Source: a virus (Duplodnaviria > Caudoviricetes). Taken from it: a DNA stretch of 64,000 nucleotides. The stretch is from IMG/VR virus record IMGVR_UViG_3300047551_002158; one strand, written 5' to 3'. Shown here piece after piece: positions 9,218-17,600 of this stretch; the stretch's first letter is position 1, and every line of letters starts with the position of its first letter. A model generated the notes under the pieces. It did not search any database. It was not told the DNA's origin and was given only the letters and a program-made list of their open reading frames with translations. Position numbers and translations under genes: made by a program.

Positions 9218-10183
9218 ATGAAACTCAAATACATTTTTGCTATTGGTCTGCTTGCTGCTCCTGTTGCTGCTATTGCTGGACCTGCTCTAAATGGTACAGG
9301 TGCCACCTTCCCTGCACCTCTTTATCAACGTTGGTTCCAAGATTATGCACGAACTTCTGGGAGTAGGGTTAATTATCAGTCCGTTGGTTCTGGTGCTGGT
9401 GTTCGTCAATTCCTTGCGGGCACGGTTGACTTCGGAGCAACCGACGAAGCAATCAAACCATCAGAAGCAGCAAAGGTGAAACGTGGTGTCGTTCAAATTC
9501 CTATGATTGGTGGAACGATTGCTGTTGCTTATAACAAACCTGGATGCTCCCTGAAACTCACTCAGAAGCAAACTGTAGACATCTTTGCTGGTCGTATTAA
9601 AGATTGGAGCAAACTACCGAACTGTGGTAATGGTCCTATTCGGGTTGTTCATCGGTCTGATGGTTCTGGAACTACCTTTGCATTCACTAACTCTCTGGAA
9701 GCATTTGGTGGTTGGACTTATGGTGTGAATAAGGCAGTTAAGTGGCCTGTTGGTGTTGGTGGTAAGGGCAATGAAGGTGTTTCTGGAACCATCCGTAACA
9801 CTCCTGGTTCTATCGGTTATGTGAATACTGGATTTATCAAAGCAAACAAACTCCAGGCAGCAGCAATCCAAAATAAGGCAGGCAAGTTCGTTCTTCCTTC
9901 TGCTACCTCTGGTGCTGCTGCTCTGAATAGTATTGCACTTGATAGTAACCTTGCTGGCGAAAATCCCAATCCTTCTGGTGCTGGTGCATATCCTATTTCC
10001 ACTCTGACTTGGGTTCTTGCTTATAAGACTGGTAATGGTGCTAAGGCAGATGATATTCGCAAGGCACTTAACTATGCTCTGAGTTCCAAGGCACAAATGA
10101 TTGCTGATGATTTGGGTTATGTTCCTCTTGCAGGAAGCATTCTCAACAAGGCACGTATCGCTGTGAACCGTATTGGTCAGTAA
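9218..10183 (+). CDS. pstS: Phosphate ABC transporter substrate-binding protein
   Basis: Signal peptide; GTGATFPAPLY, YQSVGSGAG, DFGATD, RSDGSGTT, AYPISTLTW motifs. Confidence 0.95.
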   Translation: MKLKYIFAIGLLAAPVAAIAGPALNGTGATFPAPLYQRWFQDYARTSGSRVNYQSVGSGAGVRQFLAGTVDFGATDEAIKPSEAAKVKRGVVQIPMIGGTIAVAYNKPGCSLKLTQKQTVDIFAGRIKDWSKLPNCGNGPIRVVHRSDGSGTTFAFTNSLEAFGGWTYGVNKAVKWPVGVGGKGNEGVSGTIRNTPGSIGYVNTGFIKANKLQAAAIQNKAGKFVLPSATSGAAALNSIALDSNLAGENPNPSGAGAYPISTLTWVLAYKTGNGAKADDIRKALNYALSSKAQMIADDLGYVPLAGSILNKARIAVNRIGQ

Positions 10184-10223
10184 ACTGTAAGCATTTATAC
10201 TTAGAAAGTTAAGGAATTCTGAC

Positions 10224-10261
10224 AAAAGGGGCTTGACGCCCCTTTCTTTTTGCTATATAAT
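10224..10261 (+). terminator. Terminator hairpin with an embedded sigma70 promoter for hli
   Basis: AAAGGGGC-TTGAC-GCCCCTTT stem-loop plus T tract; TTGACG 10233-10238, 17 bp, TATAAT 10256-10261. Confidence 0.8.
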
Positions 10262-10288
10262 TGTGTAACAAATCTTAATGAATTTCAA

Positions 10289-10498
10289 ATGACTGTAACG
10301 AAAAACGAATTCGGACAAATGAATATGTGGGCAAAAGAACCCTCTATGTATATGACCAAAGAAGACCTTGAGCGTTACGGCATTGAACCTTATGCAGTAA
10401 AAGCAGAGAAAGCAAATGGGCGCTGGGCAATGGTCGGTTTTATTGTTGGTGTTATTTCTTATTCTATCACTGGCAACTTCTTCTTCGGGATCTTCTGA
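10289..10498 (+). CDS. hli: High-light-inducible protein
   Basis: AEKANGRWAMVGF chlorophyll-binding motif; start taken at ATG 10289. Confidence 0.9.
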   Translation: MTVTKNEFGQMNMWAKEPSMYMTKEDLERYGIEPYAVKAEKANGRWAMVGFIVGVISYSITGNFFFGIF

Positions 10499-10584
10499 TG
10501 ACTGAAGTAATCTTTACCCTCACAGGGGTTGCATTTTTGGTACTTCTCAGTTATTCTGTGGAGAAACTCTGCGAGACTTACTGA
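10498..10584 (+). CDS. Small membrane peptide (28 aa, MTEVIFTLTGVAFLVLLSYSVEKLCETY)
   Basis: Read by hand; TGATG-coupled at both ends; one hydrophobic helix. Confidence 0.65.
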   Translation: MTEVIFTLTGVAFLVLLSYSVEKLCETY

Positions 10585-10856
10585 TGAGTGCTGATATGCT
10601 TGGGCAATTTGCAATTGCTCTTGAAAAACTTGAATGGTCTAATGATGATGAAATCGTAGTTGAAATTGGTGGTGTAGCGGTCACAGGAACTGCAACTCAT
10701 CCAGATGCAAATCCAAAATGGGCAAAACCCTGCGGAACTGTAACTTATCAAAATGATGCTTTCATCATTATTAAAAATAAATCAAGGAACCCTGTAGTTC
10801 CTTCTCAACCTAATCCTGAACTTAAACAACAACATTCTTATAAAGGAGAAAACTAA
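10584..10856 (+). CDS. Hypothetical protein
   Basis: Coupled ORF inside the hli operon. Confidence 0.7.
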   Translation: MSADMLGQFAIALEKLEWSNDDEIVVEIGGVAVTGTATHPDANPKWAKPCGTVTYQNDAFIIIKNKSRNPVVPSQPNPELKQQHSYKGEN

Positions 10857-10975
10857 TGGAAAAACTCTTTACTGAAAAAGCTGAGCGTATTAACGGTTGG
10901 GCTGCGATGATTGGTTTCGTTGCTGCTACTGGTTCTTACCTGATTACTGGTCAAATCATTCCTGGTGTGTTCTGA
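10856..10975 (+). CDS. hli: High-light-inducible protein (39 aa, MEKLFTEKAERINGWAAMIGFVAATGSYLITGQIIPGVF)
   Basis: Read by hand, absent from the ORF track; AERINGWAAMIGF motif, TGQIIPG C-terminus, AAGGAG RBS. Confidence 0.9.
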   Translation: MEKLFTEKAERINGWAAMIGFVAATGSYLITGQIIPGVF

Positions 10976-10986
10976 TGGAGGTTACT

Positions 10987-11514
10987 ATGCGTAAAGAAGG
11001 ATACGAAATTCCCAACGTTGAGTTTGTGTTCCGTGAGGGTGGTGAGTTTGTAACTCGTACTTCCTCTGAAATGTTTAAGGGTAAGCGAGTTGTAATTTTC
11101 TCTCTTCCTGGTGCATTCACTCCTACTTGTAGTGCCTATCAACTGCCTGGTTTTGAAGAAAAGTATGATGACTTCAAGAACCTTGGAATTGATGAAATCT
11201 ATTGCATCTCTGTGAATGATGGTTTTGTAATGAATGCTTGGGCACAAGACCAAAATATTCAAAACGTAAAACTGATCCCTGATGGAAATGCTTACTTCAC
11301 ACGTTCAATGGGTATGCTCGTCAATAAGTCGAACCTTGGGTTCGGTGAGCGCAGTTGGCGTTACGCTGTTGTGGTAAAGGACGGCATTATTGAAAAACTG
11401 TTTGTTGAAGCAGGACAACGCGATAATGCTGATACGGATCCTTATGAGGCAACAACTCCAGATAATGTTCTGAGTTATGTGCGATCTAACGTTCTTGAAC
11501 TAGAACTTGTTTGA
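10987..11514 (+). CDS. Type II peroxiredoxin (PRX5-like)
   Basis: FSLPGAFTPTCS active site, SVNDGFVMNAW, RSWRY; alternative start at 10975. Confidence 0.92.
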   Translation: MRKEGYEIPNVEFVFREGGEFVTRTSSEMFKGKRVVIFSLPGAFTPTCSAYQLPGFEEKYDDFKNLGIDEIYCISVNDGFVMNAWAQDQNIQNVKLIPDGNAYFTRSMGMLVNKSNLGFGERSWRYAVVVKDGIIEKLFVEAGQRDNADTDPYEATTPDNVLSYVRSNVLELELV

Positions 11515-11518
11515 TTTG

Positions 11519-11543
11519 GGGAGGGGTAAAACCCTCCTTTTTT
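11519..11543 (+). terminator. Rho-independent terminator
   Basis: GGAGGG-GTAAAA-CCCTCC plus T6; nearly the same as the hairpin at 8826. Confidence 0.85.
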
Positions 11544-11574
11544 AATAAATAAATTTACTGTATGGTTGGAAACG

Positions 11575-12273
11575 ATGCGAGTAGATTTACATAACTTTTT
11601 TAAACATTATGATGAGAACAATCCGAAACACGTTGCTGCTGTAGAGCAACTTGAGGTTGATCTTGCAATTAAGAACCCAGATTTAATTGATGATACTGCC
11701 AACTGGGTTAAGATTTATAGAACAAAACCATCAGTTCCTGGAGTTCTTCCTGTTCCTTTTTATCCTCAAACTGATAATTATAGAGACGCACAAAGAACTT
11801 GTAACTCATCTGCCTGTGCGATGTGTATAGAGTATTTTAAACCAGGCACACTACAAGGAGCAAAAGGCGATGATGCCTACGTTCAAAAAGTATTTGCAAT
11901 CGGGGATTCGGTTGATCACACCGTTCAGACAAAAGTTCTGGATGGTTATGGTGTTAAGTCACACTTTAGTTACAATCTTGGGTTTGCTGATCTTGATCGT
12001 GAGCTTGCCGCTGGGAGACCTGTTGTTATCGGGATCTATCATAGGGGCACTCTATCTGCACCTACTGGTGGGCACATGGTTGTAGTTATTGGTAAGAAAG
12101 GAGAAGACTATGTTGTTAATGATCCTTATGGTTCTCTTAACGATGGTTATACTGGACCTGTAACAAATGGTAGGGGTGCTCTTTACAAAAAATCCGATCT
12201 TACTTATCGTTGGTTAGAGAAAGGAAAAGATAAGACTGGATGGGGTAGAACATTTGATGTAAAAAAGTCTTGA
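11575..12273 (+). CDS. Peptidase C39-like protein
   Basis: QTDN..RTCNSSAC (Cys), GRPVVIGI, GGHMVVVIG (His), VNDPYG (Asp). Confidence 0.82.
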   Translation: MRVDLHNFFKHYDENNPKHVAAVEQLEVDLAIKNPDLIDDTANWVKIYRTKPSVPGVLPVPFYPQTDNYRDAQRTCNSSACAMCIEYFKPGTLQGAKGDDAYVQKVFAIGDSVDHTVQTKVLDGYGVKSHFSYNLGFADLDRELAAGRPVVIGIYHRGTLSAPTGGHMVVVIGKKGEDYVVNDPYGSLNDGYTGPVTNGRGALYKKSDLTYRWLEKGKDKTGWGRTFDVKKS

Positions 12274-12749
12274 ATTCTATTCCTTTATCTGCAGGAATAG
12301 AATTGATTAAAGAATTTGAAGATTGTATATTAACTGCATATAAAGATCCTCATACTGGAAATCTTCCGATTACAATAGGATGGGGAAGCACTAAAGATTT
12401 TGATGGGAAACCATTCAAAATGGGAAGAAAGATTACTCAACAATATGCCGATGATCTATTCATACATCAAATTGAAAATCAATTTCTTCCAACTCTCAAA
12501 AAAATCCCCTACTGGAGTGAGATGAATGAAAATCAACAAGGCGCAATTCTTAGCTTTGCTTATAATCTTGGTGCTAATTTTTATGGAAGCCCTGACTTTA
12601 GCACGATAACTAAAGTTCTTAAGAATAAGGAATGGGATAAAGTTCCTTATACTCTTTATCTTTATCGCAATCCAGGAACTAAGGTAGAAGCAGGTTTAGT
12701 AAGAAGAAGAAAAGCAGAAGGAGACCTTTGGAAAAAACAATGGAAATAG
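12270..12749 (+). CDS. GH24 phage lysozyme (endolysin)
   Basis: IKEFE..AYKD..ITIGWG E-D-T triad, AILSFAYNLG, GLVRRRKAE; TTG start. Confidence 0.9.
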   Translation: MNSIPLSAGIELIKEFEDCILTAYKDPHTGNLPITIGWGSTKDFDGKPFKMGRKITQQYADDLFIHQIENQFLPTLKKIPYWSEMNENQQGAILSFAYNLGANFYGSPDFSTITKVLKNKEWDKVPYTLYLYRNPGTKVEAGLVRRRKAEGDLWKKQWK

Positions 12750-13060
12750 ACAGAAGTTTAAGAACAGTAGTGGATCAATATCATTTCACTAAAGTTACTT
12801 TTTCGGTTGATGGCGAACCAAAAGTAATTGGAAGACTTTTAGATATTAGTGATTATGGATTTTGTATTACAATAAAGCAAATGATATCTAAATTTGAAGT
12901 TGAGGATAGGGGTCTTTTGAGTTTAGAAAAGGATGGAAAAGTAATCAAAATACCTGTAACCTTAAAGTGGATAGATCCAACAGATGCCACTCTAAGGTGT
13001 ATAGGTTTTCAGAGTAAATATAATCTAACCTTTTCGGAATTAGGTTCTTATATTAAATAA
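12740..13060 (+). CDS. PilZ-like domain protein
   Basis: DRSLR near the N-terminus, LLDISDYGF (DxSxxG), then V.LKW and IGFQ beta-strands typical of PilZ. Confidence 0.6.
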   Translation: MEIDRSLRTVVDQYHFTKVTFSVDGEPKVIGRLLDISDYGFCITIKQMISKFEVEDRGLLSLEKDGKVIKIPVTLKWIDPTDATLRCIGFQSKYNLTFSELGSYIK

Positions 13061-13389
13061 GGTTCAGCAATACCCTCATTCAACATTCTTTCGTTGACTG
13101 TGACTGGATCGCCAACAAGATAAAGAACTCCAAGTATTCTTCCATACTTGTCTTCTTTAAATGTTTCAATAATCCACTCTCCTTCACGGGAGAGTTCTTT
13201 TTCTAACCATAATCTTGCTTCAATTCCTTTTTTCTTTTCCTCTATATTTAAAGTTCTTGTTTCTGCAGCATTAATATCTTTCAGACGAACTCTGTGAGAA
13301 ACAGTCATCCAAAAACCTAAATCAATATCAAGATCAACAGTGTCGCCATCAATTACTCTATTGATCTTTTTTATTTTGTACTGGTACAT
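13048..13389 (-). CDS. Thermonuclease (SNase-like) family protein
   Basis: RVIDGDTV, RVRLKDINAAE, DKYGRILG motifs. Confidence 0.88.
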   Translation of the reverse strand: MYQYKIKKINRVIDGDTVDLDIDLGFWMTVSHRVRLKDINAAETRTLNIEEKKKGIEARLWLEKELSREGEWIIETFKEDKYGRILGVLYLVGDPVTVNERMLNEGIAEPYLI

Positions 13390-13586
13390 TGAGTTTCCTT
13401 TAGTGTTCTTTTCTTTGTAACTGTTTTATATATTTCTATTCGGTCTCCAACTTGCCAATCAGAAAATCCATTACACCGAACACCACATTCAAATCCTGCT
13501 GATACTTCTTTTACATCTTTATCGCCACGACGAAGGGAATCTAAATTTCCTTCAAAAACAATTTCTTCCTTTTTATTTTTCTTCAT
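13371..13586 (-). CDS. Stand-alone fragment of the translation initiation factor IF2 C-terminal (C2) domain, 71 aa
   Basis: VFEGNLDSLRRGDKDVKEVSAGFECGVRCNGFSDWQVGDRIEIYKTVTKKRTL aligns by eye with the last ~55 aa of bacterial IF2; start taken at ATG 13586. Confidence 0.8.
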   Translation of the reverse strand: MKKNKKEEIVFEGNLDSLRRGDKDVKEVSAGFECGVRCNGFSDWQVGDRIEIYKTVTKKRTLKETQCTSTK

Positions 13587-13692
13587 TTTGCACCTCATCG
13601 AAGGATAACTTAAGTATGTAGTAAATGACCCAAGCAACTCCAACAAGTCCAATACCTAATAATATATTTACACTCCAAACTACATTATTCAT
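13573..13692 (-). CDS. Small membrane protein (39 aa, MNNVVWSVNILLGIGLVGVAWVIYYILKLSFDEVQNEEK)
   Basis: Read by hand; ATGA overlap with the upstream gene; one transmembrane helix. Confidence 0.7.
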   Translation of the reverse strand: MNNVVWSVNILLGIGLVGVAWVIYYILKLSFDEVQNEEK

Positions 13693-13889
13693 TTTTTCTC
13701 TACAGCGTCAAGAATTCTATCCAGTTTTCTTTCTTGTTCTTCTTTAACTTCTTGTAAAGTTTTTTCTATCTGGATAATTTTTTGTTCTTGAATGGTAGTC
13801 TTCTGCTGTAATCCCCAGAAGCTAGTGAAACCACCAATGATGGCAGCACCAAGTAATGAAGTTGCTATAGTTCCCATATTAAGTTCCAT
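13689..13889 (-). CDS. Small membrane-anchored coiled-coil protein (possibly holin-like)
   Basis: N-terminal hydrophobic helix followed by a charged heptad region. Confidence 0.55.
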   Translation of the reverse strand: MELNMGTIATSLLGAAIIGGFTSFWGLQQKTTIQEQKIIQIEKTLQEVKEEQERKLDRILDAVEKK

Positions 13890-13896
13890 TTTAATT

Positions 13897-14091
13897 TTAG
13901 TATCTACCCTCTTGTTTATGTATCCAAGTTTTGAGTTCGTGGAGATAGTTTCTCAACATATCTGCTTTTTGTAGATGCCAAACATCACCACTCTTGAAGT
14001 ATTCTTGAGTGTGGTTATCTATTGCTTTGAGAATGTTATGTATCGGTGCGTTCCAAGGTTCACGCTTGGGTGTGTTCCATTCTCTTGGCAT
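13897..14091 (-). CDS. Hypothetical protein of cyanophage type
   Basis: MPREWNTPKREPWNAPIHNILKAIDNH; compact ORF within the minus-strand operon. Confidence 0.75.
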   Translation of the reverse strand: MPREWNTPKREPWNAPIHNILKAIDNHTQEYFKSGDVWHLQKADMLRNYLHELKTWIHKQEGRY

Positions 14092-14094
14092 ATA

Positions 14095-14196
14095 TCACTT
14101 TTTCTTACCTCCGTTCTTTGCCTTTTTCGCAGTCGCATTACCTTGATTTTGTTTTGAAGGTCCTTTCTTACCCTTCTTGTTTGGCGACTTAGACAT
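14095..14196 (-). CDS. Small Lys/Gly-rich basic peptide (33 aa, MSKSPNKKGKKGPSKQNQGNATAKKAKNGGKKK)
   Basis: Read by hand; AAGGA RBS and CTAAATA late promoter upstream; stop 3 nt before the next ATG. Confidence 0.7.
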   Translation of the reverse strand: MSKSPNKKGKKGPSKQNQGNATAKKAKNGGKKK

Positions 14197-14267
14197 TGGT
14201 AGTCCTTATTTGTTATCAATATATTTAGTTTGGTAGTTAAATAAATACTTTAAAATGTAAATAAAAA

Positions 14268-14600
14268 ATGGCAGTTCCTGCAGTTAATATAACAATTCAA
14301 AAAGGTACTGACTTTCAAAACGTCTACACGATTAGTAATCCGGATGGAAGTCCATTAGATTTAACTGGATATAGTGGCGTTGCTAAGATTAAAAAGTTTC
14401 CGGAATCAACAACTTCATCTTCATTTACTGTAGGAATTGTTTCTACTGCTGGCCAAGTAGTATTATCAATGGCAAGTACTGTAACAAGTCAATTGGGATC
14501 AGGAAGACATTATTATGATATTTTATTAACATCACCTTCAAGTAAAAAGGATAGAACTTTTGAGGGAATGGCTTTAGTAACTTCAACAGTATCGGTATAA
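14268..14600 (+). CDS. Virion structural protein preceding the fibre gene (BppU-like N-terminal fold)
   Basis: NITIQKGTDF..DGSPLDLTGY, GRHYYDILL motifs; TAAATA late promoter upstream. Confidence 0.6.
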   Translation: MAVPAVNITIQKGTDFQNVYTISNPDGSPLDLTGYSGVAKIKKFPESTTSSSFTVGIVSTAGQVVLSMASTVTSQLGSGRHYYDILLTSPSSKKDRTFEGMALVTSTVSV

Positions 14601-14607
14601 GAATACA

Positions 14608-17600
14608 ATGCCTAATGTATCAATAGGAAGTACAAATTATAACGTAACTGTTGGTTATAGTCCTTCAGTAAAGGTTGTAAGAGAAGCAACAGGACTTACT
14701 GGATCTCAGGGACTTCAAGGACTTCAGGGTTCTGGTGGATCGCAAGGAACTGCTGGATATATTGGATTGGATGGTGCTCAAGGAGCAATTGGATCTCAAG
14801 GAACTCAAGGAATAATAGGATCTCAGGGAATACAAGGTCTTCAAGGAGTTCAGGGTCTTGATGGTGCTTTTGTTGCTCAAGGTATCCAAGGTTCTATTGG
14901 TTCTCAAGGTACTCAAGGAATTACAGGTTCTCAAGGACTTCAGGGAACTCAGGGTATTTCTGTTCAAGGTTCTACTGGTCCCCAAGGACTTCAAGGAACT
15001 CAAGGTATTATAGGGTCTCAGGGTGTTACTGGAATTCAAGGACTTCAGGGAATTCAAGGTATTTCCGTTCAAGGATCCATAGGTTCTCAAGGAATTCAGG
15101 GATCTATTGGATCTCAGGGTATTCAAGGTTTTGTAGGTTCTCAGGGTACTCAAGGAACTACAGGTTCTCAAGGTACTCAAGGAATTTCTGTTCAAGGCAC
15201 TCAAGGAACTACAGGGTCTCAAGGAACTCAAGGTATTTCAATTCAGGGAACTCAAGGCACTATAGGTTCTCAAGGCATTCAAGGTTTTGTGGGTTCTCAA
15301 GGACTTCAAGGAACTCAAGGTATATCTGTCCAAGGTTCTATTGGTCCTCAAGGTATCCAGGGAATTACAGGGTCTCAAGGCACTCAAGGTATTTCTGTTC
15401 AAGGTACTCAAGGAACCCAAGGTATTTCTGTTCAGGGAACTACGGGTTCTCAAGGCATTCAAGGAACTACTGGCACTCAAGGAACTCAGGGTATTTCTAT
15501 TCAAGGAACTACGGGTTCTCAGGGCATTCAAGGAACTACGGGTTCTCAAGGAACCCAAGGTATTTCTGTTCAGGGAACTACTGGTTCTCAAGGTATCCAG
15601 GGAACTACTGGTACTCAAGGAACCCAAGGTATTTCTGTTCAGGGAACTACAGGATCTCAAGGTACTCAAGGAATTATAGGGTCTCAAGGTACTCAGGGAA
15701 CTACAGGTACTCAAGGAACTCAAGGTATTTCTGTTCAAGGTACTCAAGGAACTCAAGGTATTTCTGTTCAAGGAACTACGGGTACTCAAGGAACTCAAGG
15801 CATTTCTGTTCAAGGAACTACAGGGTCTCAAGGTACTCAAGGAATTACAGGTTCTCAAGGTATTCAAGGCATTTCCGTTCAAGGTACTCAAGGAACTCAA
15901 GGAATTTCTGTTCAAGGAACTACTGGCACTCAAGGTGCTCAAGGAACTACAGGTACTCAAGGAACTGGTGGTGTTCAAGGTTCTACTGGTTCAGGTTCTC
16001 AGGGTATTCAAGGTATTACTGGAACACAAGGAACTGATGGTATTCAGGGTACTACAGGTGCTGGTTCTCAAGGGCTTCAAGGAATTCAAGGAAATACTGG
16101 TATTGCCGGAGTTTCTGCATCTGGTCGTATTTGGTATTTCTCTCAAATCAATAGTGATATTTCTGGATATGAAAGTTTAATTCCTGATATTCTTGATGGA
16201 TCTCCTCAGGATGATATGGTTGGTATTTGTAGTGCTGCTTCTGGGGAAGTATTAATTGAAGAATTTGCTACAGAGGTGGGTGATCCTGGAATTACAGAAT
16301 TGCCTCCTGGAGAATATGAAATTCGTTTCTGGGGATATGTAAGCGAATCAGTCGGAGTTACCTCACTTAGATTTAAGAACTATGCTTATAATAATGGAAA
16401 CGAAACTTTATTATTCCAATTAACAACAGGAGATATTAATGCTCTTGTTCCAACTTATTATACTCAACTTGGAATTTTAACTGGACCTGTTGCAATTGCT
16501 GCAAGTGACCGTATTGTTACCAAAGTTTATTGTTTAACTGATAATGTAGGAGTTATAACTGCACACTTTGTACATTCTGGAGCAACTCCGTCAAATTGGA
16601 GAACTGCAATTACACAGGGTTATGTTGGTCCTCAAGGATTAACAGGTGCTCAGGGTATCCAAGGAATTACTGGAACCCAAGGTGCTATAGGAATTCAAGG
16701 TTTTGATGGTGTTCAAGGTATTCAGGGGATCACTGGAGCAGGTACTCAAGGTATAACAGGATCTCAAGGTACTCAAGGAATTTCTATTCAGGGTACACAA
16801 GGTATTACAGGTTCTCAAGGTACTCAAGGAATTTCTGTTCAGGGTACTCAAGGTATAACAGGATCACAAGGTACTCAGGGAACTACAGGTTCTCAAGGTA
16901 TTCAAGGAATTTCTGTTCAGGGTACTCAAGGTATAACAGGATCACAAGGTACTCAGGGAACTACAGGTTCTCAAGGTATTCAAGGAATTTCTGTTCAGGG
17001 TACTCAAGGTATAACAGGATCACAAGGTACTCAGGGAACTACAGGTTCTCAAGGTACTCAAGGAATTTCTGTTCAGGGTACTCAAGGTATAACAGGATCT
17101 CAAGGTACTCAAGGAATTTCTATTCAGGGTACTCAAGGTATAACAGGATCACAAGGTACTCAGGGAACTACAGGTTCTCAAGGTACTCAAGGAATTTCTG
17201 TTCAGGGTACTCAAGGTATCACTGGATCTCAAGGTACACAAGGAATTTCTGTTCAAGGTACTCAGGGAACTACAGGTACTCAAGGTACTCAAGGTATTTC
17301 TGTTCAGGGTACTCAAGGTATCACTGGATCTCAAGGTACACAAGGAATTTCTATTCAGGGTACACAAGGTATTACAGGTTCTCAAGGTACACAAGGTATT
17401 TCTGTTCAGGGAACTCAAGGTATCACTGGATCTCAAGGTACACAAGGTATCACAGGTTCAGGATCTCAAGGTACTCAAGGTATCACAGGTTCAGGATCTC
17501 AAGGTACTCAAGGAACTGAAGGTTCTCAAGGCACTCAAGGAATTTCAGTTCAGGGTACACAAGGTATCACTGGATCTCAAGGAGCATCTGGTGGCGGCGG

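Noticed and set aside
10897-10986. N-terminal extension of the peroxiredoxin in the ORF track
   Set aside because: This stretch is the second hli gene in another frame; the peroxiredoxin starts at 10975 or 10987
13371-13652. IF2 fragment as host-chromosome contamination or a frameshifted full infB
   Set aside because: Flanked and overlapped on both sides by phage-type ORFs, and no upstream IF2 sequence is recognisable in any frame
14019-14219. 66-aa minus-strand ORF from the track
   Set aside because: A different frame (14095-14196) has a proper RBS, ATG and clean spacing; the track ORF overlaps the next gene by 73 nt
14665-17445. Long Ser/Leu/Thr-rich alternative-frame ORFs in the collagen gene
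   Set aside because: Stop-free by-products of the 9-bp periodic repeats
14690-17590. Possible CRISPR array in the periodic DNA here and at 34741-35127
   Set aside because: Repeats are in-frame coding units with no unique spacers and no cas genes; the 40534 nuclease is the usual phage PD-(D/E)XK exonuclease
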